A DNA stretch of 64,000 nucleotides from NCBI GenBank assembly GCA_963707915.1, contig OY970178.1, forward strand, positions 2,272,001 through 2,336,000, written 5' to 3'. This DNA comes from Candidatus Eiseniibacteriota bacterium (GTDB lineage Bacteria > Eisenbacteria > RBG-16-71-46). This document shows positions 49,007-58,833 of the stretch, in pieces. Position numbers and translations under genes: made by a program. Every line of letters starts with the position of its first letter. Within the stretch, counting starts at the first letter, position 1. Below the pieces are notes generated by a model. That model saw only the letters and a program-made list of their open reading frames with translations, did not search any database and was not told the DNA's origin.

Positions 49007-50533
49007 TCAACGGGGCCGCGGCCGCGGTCCGCGACCGCCGGCGGGACGCGGGCCGCCGGGACGCACACCCGGGCGCGGGCCGCCGGGACGCACACCCGGA
49101 CGCGGGCCGCCGGGACGCACGCTCGGACGCGGACCGCCGGGACGCGCGCCCGGGCGCGGAGCACCGGGCCGCGGGCTCGGGCGCGGGCCACCGGGACGTG
49201 CACTCGGGCGCGGGCCACCGGGACGTGCACTCGGGCGCGGGCCACCGGGACGCACGCTCGGGCGCGGAGCGCCGGGACGCACGTTCGGGCGCGGAGCGCC
49301 GGGACGCGCGCTCGGGCGCGGAGCGCCGGGACGCACGCTCGGGCGCGGAGCGCCGGGACGCACGCTCGGGCGCGGAGCGCCGGGACGCACGCTCGGGCGC
49401 GGAGCACCGGGACGCACGCTCGGGCGTGGGCCGCCGGGACGCACGCTCGGGCGCGGGCCGCCGGGACGCACGCTCGGGCGTGGGCCGCCGGGACGCGCGC
49501 TCGGGCGCGGGCCGCCGGGACGCGCGCTCGGGCGCGGAGCGCCGGGACGCGCGCTCGGACGCGGGCTGCCGGGACGCACGCTCGGGCGCGGAGCACCGGG
49601 ACGGCTTGCGGGCCGAGCGGCCGGACGGAACGGACGCCGCTCCGCCGACCGCGGGAACAACCGGTGCTCGAACTGCACGGGCACGTGCAGTCTCCGGTCG
49701 CGCTTCGGCTCGGGAGCGGCCGCGGGCTCCGTCGTCACCGGCGGGGCCGCGGGCTCGCCCACCAGGAACTCCACCAGTGCCGCTCCCACGCCCGGCCCGG
49801 GCTCGTAGCACTGCAGCGTGCCCCCGAGATCCCCGCCCAGGAACCCGCGCAGCACTTCGAGGTGCATGAGGTTCGCCTCGGGCAGGGCCTTCTCGCGCAG
49901 GCGCGGCTCGAGTCCGCCGAGTTCGTCCCACCTGCCCGCCTTGAGGTGCTCGAGCACGCGTCCGTCGAACGACTGCGCCTCCGGGGTCTCGCGCTTCAGG
50001 TTCCAGGCGTGGACGTTGTGCGAGAGCATCCCGCCCACCACGAACGCCACGCGCTCCGGCCAGGCGTCGAGCGTGCGCCGCAGGGCCGCCCCCCAGGCGC
50101 GGTGCCCGGCGGCCGTGCTCCGCGACAGCGACACGGGCACGACCGGGTAGAGGCGGCGCGACGCGAGGAAGTGCAGCGGCACCGACACGCCGCTGTCCAC
50201 GCCGCGCGCGGTGATGGCGGCGCGCACGCCGGCCGCGCGCGCCGATTCGACGATGGCCCGCGCCAGCGCCGGTGCGCCGTGGCAATCGTAGCGCACCTCG
50301 ACGCCGAAGCCGTGGTAGTCGGTGAGCGTGGTGTGCCGCCGGCCCGCGTCGGCCAGGAACGGCCCCGGCGCCTCCCAGCGCGCACTCAACGCCACGATCG
50401 CCGAGGGCGCCTCGATCTCGAGCCGGCGGGCGGCCACGGCGTACGCCTCGAGCATCTCGGTGCGGTGTCCGCGATGTTGGTCCATGAGCAGCGTGGAGAT
50501 GCTCGGGGCGAGCAGTACGCGTGCGGTCAGCAT
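49007..50533 (-). CDS. LigB/DODA-fold protein with a long Arg/Pro/Gly repeat tail
   Basis: IVALSARW, DYHGF, RGVDSG, GGMLSHN and FDGRV resemble the YgiD/DODA family. The tail has 21 nonapeptide repeats. Confidence 0.75.
   Translation of the reverse strand: MLTARVLLAPSISTLLMDQHRGHRTEMLEAYAVAARRLEIEAPSAIVALSARWEAPGPFLADAGRRHTTLTDYHGFGVEVRYDCHGAPALARAIVESARAAGVRAAITARGVDSGVSVPLHFLASRRLYPVVPVSLSRSTAAGHRAWGAALRRTLDAWPERVAFVVGGMLSHNVHAWNLKRETPEAQSFDGRVLEHLKAGRWDELGGLEPRLREKALPEANLMHLEVLRGFLGGDLGGTLQCYEPGPGVGAALVEFLVGEPAAPPVTTEPAAAPEPKRDRRLHVPVQFEHRLFPRSAERRPFRPAARPASRPGAPRPSVRPGSPRPSARPGAPRPSARPGGPRPSARPGGPRPSVRPGGPRPSVRPGGPRPSVRPGAPRPSVRPGAPRPSVRPGAPRPSVRPGAPRPSARPGAPRPNVRPGAPRPSVRPGGPRPSARPGGPRPSARPGGPRPSPRPGAPRPGARPGGPRPSVRPGGPRPGVRPGGPRPGVRPGGPRPAGGRGPRPRPR
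49037..49603 (-). repeat. 27-bp coding tandem repeat, 21 copies
   Basis: Encodes RPG(G/A/S)PRP(S/G/N/A)(V/A/P/G). The + strand unit approximates CGCCGGGACGCACGCTCGGGCGCGGAG. Confidence 0.95.
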
Positions 50534-50560
50534 GACGGCCGGGATCCTCTCACGCGGGGC

Positions 50561-51586
50561 TCACGGCTGTCGCACGCCGGGTTCGCCCGCTGCACGGTCC
50601 GCCGCGCGCTCGTTGCCCGCGCCCACCCCGAGGCCCTTCGCCCTGGCCGCGGCGAGCAGTTCCCCCGGCAGCGGGAACATCACGCGCTCCTCGACGAGCT
50701 GGAAGGGCTCCACGCGGAAGCCGCCCAGTTCCTGCAGCCGCGCCACGCAGGATTGCACGATGCCCTCGGGCGTCGAGGCGCCGGCGGTCACGCCGACGTC
50801 GCGGCCCGGCTCGAGCCATTCGGGCCGGATGTCCCCGGCCGATTCGATCAGGTGGGCCCGGACGCCGAGGGTCCGGGCCACCTCGACCAGGCGGTTCGCG
50901 TTGCTGCTGGTCGGCGCGCCCACGACCAGCACGGTGCGGCAGCGCCGCGCCAGTTCCTTCACGGCGTTCTGTCGGTTCTGCGTGGCGTAGCAGATGTCGT
51001 CCTTCGCCGGCTCGAGGATCTCCGGGAAGCGGCGCCTGAGCACCTCGACGACGACGCGGCAATCGTCCACCGAGAGCGTGGTCTGCGTGATGCAGGCGAC
51101 CTTCCGCGGGTCGGACACGGTCAGCGCCTCGGCCTCCGCCACGTTCTCGACGACCTGGATGGACTCGGGCGCCTCGCTGCGCACGCCCTGCACCTCGACG
51201 TGGTCCCGGTGCCCGACGAGGACGATGGTGAAGCCCTGCCTCGCGTGTCGCAGCGCCTCGAGGTGCACCTTCGTCACCAGCGGGCAGGTCGCGTCCAGCG
51301 CCTTCAGGCCGCGCCCGGCCGCCTCGGCGCGGACCGCGGGCGACACGCCGTGGGCCGAGAAGATCACCACCGCGCCCCGCGGCACGTCGGCGAGATCGTC
51401 GGTGAAGACCGCGCCCTTCGCCCGCAGGCCGTCGACCACGTGCCGGTTGTGGACGATCTCGTGCCGCACGTAGACCGGCGGCCCGTAGACCTGCAGGGCC
51501 ATCTCGACCACGTCGATGGCGCGGTCCACCCCCGCGCAGAACCCGCGCGGGGCGGCAAGATGGAGGACGGACTGGGCCTGGGACAT
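50561..51586 (-). CDS. ispH: 4-hydroxy-3-methylbut-2-enyl diphosphate reductase
   Basis: PRGFCAGV, EIVHN, FSAHG, DATCPLV, ICYATQNRQ and TAGASTP. Confidence 0.97.
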   Translation of the reverse strand: MSQAQSVLHLAAPRGFCAGVDRAIDVVEMALQVYGPPVYVRHEIVHNRHVVDGLRAKGAVFTDDLADVPRGAVVIFSAHGVSPAVRAEAAGRGLKALDATCPLVTKVHLEALRHARQGFTIVLVGHRDHVEVQGVRSEAPESIQVVENVAEAEALTVSDPRKVACITQTTLSVDDCRVVVEVLRRRFPEILEPAKDDICYATQNRQNAVKELARRCRTVLVVGAPTSSNANRLVEVARTLGVRAHLIESAGDIRPEWLEPGRDVGVTAGASTPEGIVQSCVARLQELGGFRVEPFQLVEERVMFPLPGELLAAARAKGLGVGAGNERAADRAAGEPGVRQP

Positions 51587-51679
51587 GGACGGGAAGCCTC
51601 GGGACCGGGTCGGGGAAGCGCGGCCCGTGGACTCTAACCGACCGCGCGCGGCGGGCAAAGCCCGTCCGCCGCAGCCCGC

Positions 51680-52993
51680 CTATCTCGCTTCGGCCGGCGG
51701 CGCCGGGTACAGCGAATCGGCGAAGCCGGGCGGCACGTTCAGCCCGGTCCCGGTCCGCTGCGAATCGGCCGCCGCCCCCGGCGCTCCGCTCCGCGCGGCC
51801 GGCGGCAGCCGGCGCGCGTCGCGCCGCGCCTGGGTCGCGCTGTCCGACCGGAACAGCGCGCGCAGCGAATCGGGCGCCCGCGCGTCGAGCGTCGCGATGA
51901 GCCCGCGGGCGCGCGCCCGGAGCCGGCGGTCGCCCGCCAGGGATTCCGCGCGGCGCAGTTCCAGCGCGGACTCGCGCAGCCGCCCCTGGGCCTCGAGCGC
52001 CATTCCCATGATGAGCCGGGCCTCGGCCGAGCCGCGGTCGTGGCGCACGCCGTCGCGCGCCAGCTCCAGCGCGATGTCGTCGCGGCCGAGCGCCTCGTAG
52101 AGACGGACGGCCGCGAACCTCGCCTCGAGGTCGCCGGGGACGCGCCCCAGCAACCGGCGGTAGGCCGCACCGGCTTCGTCGAAGCGCTTCATCTGCACGA
52201 GCAGCTGCGCCTGTCCCTTCATCGCCAGCGCCAGCGTGCTGTCGCGCGTCTCGGCCTCGCGGAAGTCCGCGAGCGCCCGCTCGAGATCGCCCTTCGAGCG
52301 GTCGAGGTTCGCCAGGTTCACCCAGGCGCCGGTCTCCTTCGGATCGAGCGCGATGGCGCGGCGGTATTCCTCGCGCGCCTCGCTCTCCCGCCCCGCGGCA
52401 GCAAGCACGAATCCGAGGTCGCGATGCTCGAGCGCGCTCGGCGGGGGCAGGGCGATGGCGCGGCGCAGGACCTTCTCGGCGTCGCGCGGGCGGCCGGCGC
52501 GCATGTAGGCGTAGCCCAGCGCGCGCCAGTTCTCGCCGTCGCCCGGGAACCGCCGCGCCAGCGACTCGAGCTGGGCGATGGCACGCGCGTGCTCGTTCAG
52601 CTGCGCCAGGCCCAGGCCCAGCTGGCGGGCGGCAGCCACGTCGCCCGGGTGCCTCGCGAGCTCCGCCGCGAAGGCCTTGACCGCCTTCTCGACCTGGCCC
52701 GCGCCGAGGAACAGCAGCCCCATGCGGTAGTTCGGGCCGGCCAGCGCCGGATCGAGCGTGATGGCGCGCTGGTAGCAGATGATGGCCCCGGCGAGGACGT
52801 TGATGCGTTCCAGGCCGAGCCCCTTCTCGTACTGCTGGCGGGCCAGCGTCGCGGGGCTCCGGTCCGCCGTGTCGGGGAACGTCGCCCGGCCCGGCACGAG
52901 CAGCGGCCCGGGCGGCGACTCCGACAGGGTATCGGCGGGCGCCGCGGCGACGAGCGCCGCGAAGACGACGAGGAACTGCAGGAACGTGCTCAG
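51680..52993 (-). CDS. Exported TPR-repeat protein (start codon uncertain)
   Basis: Hydrophobic leader FLQFLVVFAALVAA and multiple TPRs (YQRAITLDP, YRRAIALDP). Confidence 0.8.
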   Translation of the reverse strand: MSTFLQFLVVFAALVAAAPADTLSESPPGPLLVPGRATFPDTADRSPATLARQQYEKGLGLERINVLAGAIICYQRAITLDPALAGPNYRMGLLFLGAGQVEKAVKAFAAELARHPGDVAAARQLGLGLAQLNEHARAIAQLESLARRFPGDGENWRALGYAYMRAGRPRDAEKVLRRAIALPPPSALEHRDLGFVLAAAGRESEAREEYRRAIALDPKETGAWVNLANLDRSKGDLERALADFREAETRDSTLALAMKGQAQLLVQMKRFDEAGAAYRRLLGRVPGDLEARFAAVRLYEALGRDDIALELARDGVRHDRGSAEARLIMGMALEAQGRLRESALELRRAESLAGDRRLRARARGLIATLDARAPDSLRALFRSDSATQARRDARRLPPAARSGAPGAAADSQRTGTGLNVPPGFADSLYPAPPAEAR

Positions 52994-53147
52994 TCGAGGG
53001 CCCCCGGGATGACCGGCCGGGACGGCGCCGGATGGCGGCAGTATAGCCGAGCGGCCGGGGTCGGCGCCCGCGAGCCCGCGCGGCGCCGGGCGTGTGCTAC
53101 CGTCGCGCGGTGATGACGTGGCGACGCACGAAGGTCCCGGAGCGTTC

Positions 53148-53990
53148 ATGAAGCGGACGCCCAGCCGCGACGCCCCGGACGACGCGGCCCTGGCGCGGCT
53201 GTGCCTCGGCGCCGAGCTCGCGTCGATGCGCGAGCGCACGGCGGGCGCGCCGGCCGCGCTGGTCGCGGAGCTCGGACTCCGCTGCGAGCCGGTGGACGGC
53301 GGCACGGCCTTCGTCGCCACCCGCTTTCCGCACCCGACGGTGAACCGGGTCACCGGCTTCGGTCTCGACCGGCCGCTCGACGAGGCGACGCTCGAGCGCG
53401 CCATCGCGCTCTATCCGCACCGGGGCTTCTCGATCCAGCCCAGTCCGATGGCGCGCCCGGCGGAGATCTCCGACTGGCTCACCGCGCGCGGCTTCACGGT
53501 GGGCTTCCGCTGGCTCATCTGGGCGCGCGAGACGCAGCCGCCGCCCGACGAGCCCGCGACCGGGCTCGAGCTGCGGCGGCTGGAAGCCGGGCACGCGGCC
53601 GAATTCGCGGAGCTGGTGTGCACCGCCTATGCGAACCCGGCGCGGCTCGCCCGGCTGCACGCGGCCGGCGTGGGGCGGCCGCGCTGGCATCACTGGGGCG
53701 CCTTCGACGGCGACCGGCTCGTCTCGGCCGGCATCCTCTACACGCACGGCGAGGTCGGCCGGCTGTTCACCGCCGGCACGCTGCCCACGCACCGCGGGCG
53801 CGGCGCGCAGGGCGCACTGGTGGTGCGGCGCATGCGGGAGGCGCGCGCGCTCGGCTGCCGCTGGGTCACGGCCGAGACCGCCGACGACCGTCCGGAGCAG
53901 CCGAACCCGTCGGTCCACAACCTGCGGCGGCTCGGCTGGCGCCTGCTGCACCGCCGCCCGGCGTGGATGCCGGGCGACAGCGAGAGCTAG
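53148..53990 (+). CDS. GNAT-family acetyltransferase
   Basis: AGTLPTHRGRGAQ and SVHNLRRLGW. Confidence 0.85.
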   Translation: MKRTPSRDAPDDAALARLCLGAELASMRERTAGAPAALVAELGLRCEPVDGGTAFVATRFPHPTVNRVTGFGLDRPLDEATLERAIALYPHRGFSIQPSPMARPAEISDWLTARGFTVGFRWLIWARETQPPPDEPATGLELRRLEAGHAAEFAELVCTAYANPARLARLHAAGVGRPRWHHWGAFDGDRLVSAGILYTHGEVGRLFTAGTLPTHRGRGAQGALVVRRMREARALGCRWVTAETADDRPEQPNPSVHNLRRLGWRLLHRRPAWMPGDSES

Positions 53991-54065
53991 CGGGCGGCCG
54001 CGCCCGTGGACCGCCCGCTCCAGGACGGACCGCACGACGACGCGACGACGCCCGCGCGGGGGCGG

Positions 54066-54872
54066 CTACCTTCCCCGGAACTCCGCCCGGCGCTTGGCGA
54101 GGTAGGCGCCGAGGCCCTCCTTCGCGTCATCGCTCCGGAACAGCAGTTGCGCCAGCTCGCGCTCGAGCGCCTGCGCGCTCTCGACCGGCAGCTCGCCGCC
54201 GCTCTGTACCGCCCGCTTGATGTGGCCCACGGCCTTCGCCGCGCCGTGCGGCGGACCGAAGCTGCGGGCGTGGCGCAGCACCTTCTCGAGGAAGTCCCCG
54301 GGGTCCGCGGCCTCCCAGACGTCGTTCACCAGGCCGAGCCGCTGTGCCTTGTCGAAGGTCATCAGCTCGCCGGTCACCATCAGCTCGATGGCCCGGCTGG
54401 GGTTGACGAGCCGCGCCAGGCGCTTCGTACCCCCGATGGCCGGCATCAGCCCGAGCTTCACCTCGGGCAGCCCGAGCTTGCCGCCGCCCTTGCGCGCGAT
54501 CCTCAGGTCCGCCGCCAGCGCGAGCTCCAGGCCGCCCCCCACGGCGTGCCCGTTGAGCGCCGCGATGACCAACTTGGGCGTGTGCTCGAGACGGTCGAGC
54601 GTCTCGCTGGCGTGGAGCAGGAAGGCGTGGCGGAAGGCCGGCGCGACGGCGTTGAGCATGCGGATGTCCCCGCCCGCGCAGAACACGCTCTCCCCCTCCC
54701 CGCACAGCACGATGGCGTGGACCTCGTCGTCGAAGCGCGCCTTGAGGATCGCCTCGTCGAGCTCGTGCATCATCTCGAAGGTGAAGCAGTTCATGGGCGG
54801 GTTGCACAGCTCGATCACCGCCACGCCGTCCTTCGCGCGGTAGTCGACGAGCCGCGAGTTGCCGGTTTCCAT
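54066..54872 (-). CDS. Enoyl-CoA hydratase/isomerase family protein
   Basis: FCAGGDI, GHAVGGGLELALAAD and LPEVKLG. Confidence 0.93.
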   Translation of the reverse strand: METGNSRLVDYRAKDGVAVIELCNPPMNCFTFEMMHELDEAILKARFDDEVHAIVLCGEGESVFCAGGDIRMLNAVAPAFRHAFLLHASETLDRLEHTPKLVIAALNGHAVGGGLELALAADLRIARKGGGKLGLPEVKLGLMPAIGGTKRLARLVNPSRAIELMVTGELMTFDKAQRLGLVNDVWEAADPGDFLEKVLRHARSFGPPHGAAKAVGHIKRAVQSGGELPVESAQALERELAQLLFRSDDAKEGLGAYLAKRRAEFRGR

Positions 54873-55082
54873 GGTGGGTCTCCGATGCCCGGGTGCGGTG
54901 CGGCCGAGTCCCGCGAACATCCCCAACCCCCGCCGCGGGCGTCAAGCCGGGCCGGAACCGGCGCACGGGCGGGGGTCCACCGGGCGCGGACGTCGCCCTC
55001 CGGCCCCCCCCGCCCCCCCGGCGGTCCCCGCGAGCCCGGTCCTGCGTTCGCCCGCGCGCGGGGACTGCGCTACCTTGTGGAC

Positions 55083-55958
55083 ATGAAGGTCCGGTCCTGC
55101 GCGATCCTCCTCGCCCTCGCCCTGCTGCCCGGGCACGCGCCCCGCGCGGTCGCGGCCGAATGGCGCGGGCGCCTCTTCGCGACCACGCTGCCCGCTCCGT
55201 CGATGGGCGAGACGGAGCGCAGCGTGCGCGTCTACCTGCCGCCGACCTACGAGCAGCCGGAGGCCGCGAGCCGGCGCTACCCGGTCGTCTACCTGCTGCA
55301 CGGCTGGCCCGGCGGCGACGGCAACTGGCCCGGGAGCGGGCGCGCCGCCGAGACGCTCGACTCGCTGAGCGCGCGCGGCGCCATCCCCGAGGTCATCGCG
55401 GTGATGCCGAACGGCGCGGGCATCGGGCGGCTCGGGCGCCAGGAGTGGCTCGACTCCTGGGACGGCAAGGCCCGCATGGAGGAGTTCGTCTGGAAGGACC
55501 TCGTGGCCTGGACCGATCGCACCTACCGCACCCGGCCCGATTCCCTCCACCGCGCGTTGATCGGCCTCTCCGAGGGCGCGACCGGCGCGGTCAACATCGC
55601 CCTCAAGCACCCGGGCGTCTTCAACGCCTGCGGCGGCCTCAGCGGACAGTACGTCATGACGGACGACTGGGGCATGAAGCCGGTCTGGGCCGAGGGAGAG
55701 ACGGCCGTCCGCATCCGCGAGGCCAACAGCCCCGCGCTCTACGTCGCCCGGATCGCCCACACCGCCCGCCAGCAGGTCATCTACTTCGATTGCGGGATCG
55801 ACGACGAGGCGCTGGCGGACAACCGCGCCTTCGACCGCAAGCTCGACGAGGTGCGCGTACCCCACGTCTACCGCGAGTTTCGGGGCACGCACGGCTGGGG
55901 CTACTGGAAGGTCCACCTGCGCGACGCGCTCATCGCCTGCACCGCGAGGATGAAGTAG
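55083..55958 (+). CDS. Secreted alpha/beta-hydrolase (putative esterase)
   Basis: Signal peptide, VYLPP, YPVVYLLHG, GLSEG nucleophile elbow and GTHGWGYW. Confidence 0.88.
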   Translation: MKVRSCAILLALALLPGHAPRAVAAEWRGRLFATTLPAPSMGETERSVRVYLPPTYEQPEAASRRYPVVYLLHGWPGGDGNWPGSGRAAETLDSLSARGAIPEVIAVMPNGAGIGRLGRQEWLDSWDGKARMEEFVWKDLVAWTDRTYRTRPDSLHRALIGLSEGATGAVNIALKHPGVFNACGGLSGQYVMTDDWGMKPVWAEGETAVRIREANSPALYVARIAHTARQQVIYFDCGIDDEALADNRAFDRKLDEVRVPHVYREFRGTHGWGYWKVHLRDALIACTARMK

Positions 55959-56001
55959 GCGTCCACCCCGACACCCCCCTTGCGCCCCCCGGCGCGCCGT
56001 G

Positions 56002-56021
56002 TTATCGTTCATCTACGATAA
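56002..56021. promoter_or_regulatory. Putative ArsR operator
   Basis: Perfect 7-6-7 inverted repeat TTATCGT-tcatct-ACGATAA just upstream of the arsR RBS. Confidence 0.75.
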
Positions 56022-56037
56022 TCGATAGGAGGCGACC

Positions 56038-56346
56038 ATGACCCTGCAACGATCCCCCCGGACGAAGCCGCCACACCCCGCCGGCGACGTGGAGCTGGCG
56101 CGGCTCGCCCGCGCCCTGGCGCACCCGGCCCGCGTGCGCATCGTGCGCCTGCTGGCCCGGCGCGGCGAGTGCGTGTGCGGGCAGATCGTGCTCGACCTGC
56201 CGCTGGCCCAGGCCACGGTCTCGCAGCACCTCAAGGTGCTCAAGGAGGCCGGGATCATCCGCGGCCAGGTGGATGGTCCGCGCGTCTGCTACTGCCTCGA
56301 CCCGAAGATGCTGAATCGCCTGAGGACACTCGTCGGCGGGCTCTGA
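56038..56346 (+). CDS. arsR: ArsR/SmtB-family repressor
   Basis: [24 protein letters not shown] and CYC. Lies upstream of arsM. Confidence 0.9.
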   Translation: MTLQRSPRTKPPHPAGDVELARLARALAHPARVRIVRLLARRGECVCGQIVLDLPLAQATVSQHLKVLKEAGIIRGQVDGPRVCYCLDPKMLNRLRTLVGGL

Positions 56347-56400
56347 TCCGGAACGGACACGCCGGCACGGAAGACCACCCAGGACCTGCAGGAGGATGCG

Positions 56401-57180
56401 ATGAGCGGGAACGAAGACATCCGCACCGTGGTGCGGGAGAAGTACGGAGAGATCGCCGAAGGCCGGCGGACCGGTTGCGGCTGCGGTGCCGGCGGCTGTG
56501 GCGACCTGCTGCTCACGCTCGGCTACACCGAGGAGCAGAAGGCCGCCGTCCCCGAGGGCGCCGACCTCGGCCTCGGCTGCGGCAACCCGCTCGCGCACGC
56601 CGCCCTGAAGCCGGGCGAGACCGTGCTCGACCTCGGCGCGGGCGCGGGGGTGGACTGCTTCCTCGCCGCGCGCGAGACCGGGCCCTCCGGGCGCGTCATC
56701 GGCGTGGACATGACGCCCTCGATGGTCGAGAGGGCGCGCGCCAACGCCGCGAAGGCGCGCACGGCGAACGTCGAGTTCCGGCTGGGCGAGATCGAGCACC
56801 TGCCGGTGGCCGACGCTTCCGTGGACTGCATCATCTCGAACTGCGTCGTGAACCTCTCTCCCGACAAGCTCCAGGTCTTCCGCGAAGCGCACCGCGCGCT
56901 GAAGCCCGGCGGACGGATGCTGCTCAGCGACCTCGTGCTCACGCGGCCGCTGTCCGAGGCGCTCCGGCAGGACGTCGAGCTCTACGTCGGCTGCATCGCC
57001 GGCGCCGCGATGAAGGACGAATACCTGGACCTGATCCGCCGGGCCGGCTTCGCCGAGGTCACCGTGGTCGAGGAACGCGCCTACACCGTGGGCCTGGACG
57101 CGCTGCCCGCGGGCAGCCCCGAGCGCGAGGCGTTCGCCTCCGTGGTGTCGGTGAAGGTGAGGGCGCGCAAGGCGGCCTGA
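56401..57180 (+). CDS. arsM: Arsenite S-adenosylmethionine methyltransferase
   Basis: GLGCGNP, VLDLGAGAG, IISNCVVNL and GCIAGA. Confidence 0.92.
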   Translation: MSGNEDIRTVVREKYGEIAEGRRTGCGCGAGGCGDLLLTLGYTEEQKAAVPEGADLGLGCGNPLAHAALKPGETVLDLGAGAGVDCFLAARETGPSGRVIGVDMTPSMVERARANAAKARTANVEFRLGEIEHLPVADASVDCIISNCVVNLSPDKLQVFREAHRALKPGGRMLLSDLVLTRPLSEALRQDVELYVGCIAGAAMKDEYLDLIRRAGFAEVTVVEERAYTVGLDALPAGSPEREAFASVVSVKVRARKAA

Positions 57181-57243
57181 GACGCGCGCCGGGGGCGGCA
57201 CGCGGGCCCGGCCCGCGGCCGCCGCCGGGCGGAGCCAGTCCGC

Positions 57244-58314
57244 CTAGGGCAGCGCTGTCGTCCCTTCCAGCGACGGATCGGTCACGACGTCCGCCCGGAT
57301 GATGCCCAGGCGCCTCATGAGCCGGATGTAGTTCGCGCGCGAGCAGCCCTCGAGCCGGGCGGCGGCGCTCACGTTGCGGGCCGCGCGCAGCTGGCGCAGC
57401 ACGCAGTCGCGCTGGCCCTCGTCCTTCGCGTACTGCGACGGCCGCCAGGCCGGCTGAACGTCCCGGGGAAGGTCCTCGACTTCGATCACCCGCCGCGAGC
57501 CCATGCGCTGCAGGGCTCGCACGATCACGGCGGAGAGCTCGACGATGTTCCCGAACCACTCGCGTCCGGACAACTCCTCGATGGCCGTCGGGGAGAGCCG
57601 GCAGAGCGGCCCGTTGGCCTGCCGCGCGTTCTCGATGAGGCAGCGCGCCGCCAGCTGCGGCAGGTCCTGCAGGCGTTCCCTCAGCGCCGGCACGCGCAGG
57701 ATGGGCACCGGCAGGCCATCGTGTCCGGGCCCGGCCCCCGGCTTCGCCTTCCAGTCGCGACGCCACTGGCGAAGCGCGGCCCCGGCGCGGGTGACGCCCG
57801 TGCCCGGCTCGCCGTAGATGTACACGGGCGCGTCCCTCCTGGAGGCGTCCCGCAGCTCCTGCACGAACTCGCGGGCCAGCGGCGCCCGGACCACCCAGAC
57901 GTCCGTGGTGATCGGCGGGAGGTCCGGCGGGAGCTCCAGGGACGGGGGCTCGAGGAGCGCCTCGAGCCTCTGCTGGAGGCCCGTCATGAAGCCCGGATCG
58001 GTCATCTCCCCCGTGAAGTGCGGCAGCACCATCCGTTGCATGTCGTCGCGGAAGCTCCGCGAGACGACCTCGGTGTAGATGAGCCGGAAGGTCCGCGGCA
58101 GGGTCTCGCGGACCACCTGGAGCACGTCGACGCCACTGCCGCCCCCGGCCAGGTCGCACTTCGAGACCACCGCCGACCAGTGCCGCTGGGAGAGGACCGC
58201 CATCGCCTCCTCGACCCGGCCGACGTGACGGCACTCGAAGGAGCTCGAGAGACTGCGGAGCATGGCCTGGCCGCGCTCGACGTCGTCCTCGACCAGGAGC
58301 ACGCGATGCGTCAT
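57244..58314 (-). CDS. Degenerate NtrC-like regulator (pseudo-receiver, truncated AAA+, Fis-type HTH)
   Basis: VLLVEDD, VYIYGEPGTGVT, VPALRERLQDLP, WFGNIVEL and NVSAAARLEG. Confidence 0.75.
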   Translation of the reverse strand: MTHRVLLVEDDVERGQAMLRSLSSSFECRHVGRVEEAMAVLSQRHWSAVVSKCDLAGGGSGVDVLQVVRETLPRTFRLIYTEVVSRSFRDDMQRMVLPHFTGEMTDPGFMTGLQQRLEALLEPPSLELPPDLPPITTDVWVVRAPLAREFVQELRDASRRDAPVYIYGEPGTGVTRAGAALRQWRRDWKAKPGAGPGHDGLPVPILRVPALRERLQDLPQLAARCLIENARQANGPLCRLSPTAIEELSGREWFGNIVELSAVIVRALQRMGSRRVIEVEDLPRDVQPAWRPSQYAKDEGQRDCVLRQLRAARNVSAAARLEGCSRANYIRLMRRLGIIRADVVTDPSLEGTTALP

Positions 58315-58833
58315 GACCCGACCGCTCCCCGGGGAGACATCGAGAGCGGGCAGGCCGCCCGTCGCGCCGGTGTCACGGCCGGCGACCGGAGGGCAGGGGG
58401 TTTCGGCCGGACGATGCAGGGGAGCGCGAGCACGCCACGGCTCAGCTCGGTCGAGATACCCGAACCGGAAATGCACGGTTGCCACGAGAACCAACGGAAG
58501 TCCAAGAGGGGCCTCTCTGACGATCCGGTGCATCGTGACGCAGGCGGGATTCTACTCGTTTCGCGAGGCTAGCGCACCAGGATCTCCGAGGCCAGCGCAT
58601 CGGGGTCCCGCATCAGGGTCTCGAAGATGAGACATCCGCGCGCGGCCCCGAATGCCGGACAATCGGACTCCCTCGGATGGTGTCCGTTCCGACCGGATGC
58701 ACGGGCGGACGGATGAGATCCTTGGTAACACGCCCTGCGGGACCACCGAAGCCATCACGCTCGGGGGACGGATGGTCCAGGTGCCCGCAGGGTTTTGCTT
58801 TTCCCGACGGACACCCGGCGCTTCGGTCGGATC

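Noticed and set aside
49037..49603. Regular repeat array as a CRISPR
   Set aside because: The units are contiguous 27-mers with no unique spacers, lie in frame within a CDS, and no cas genes are present.
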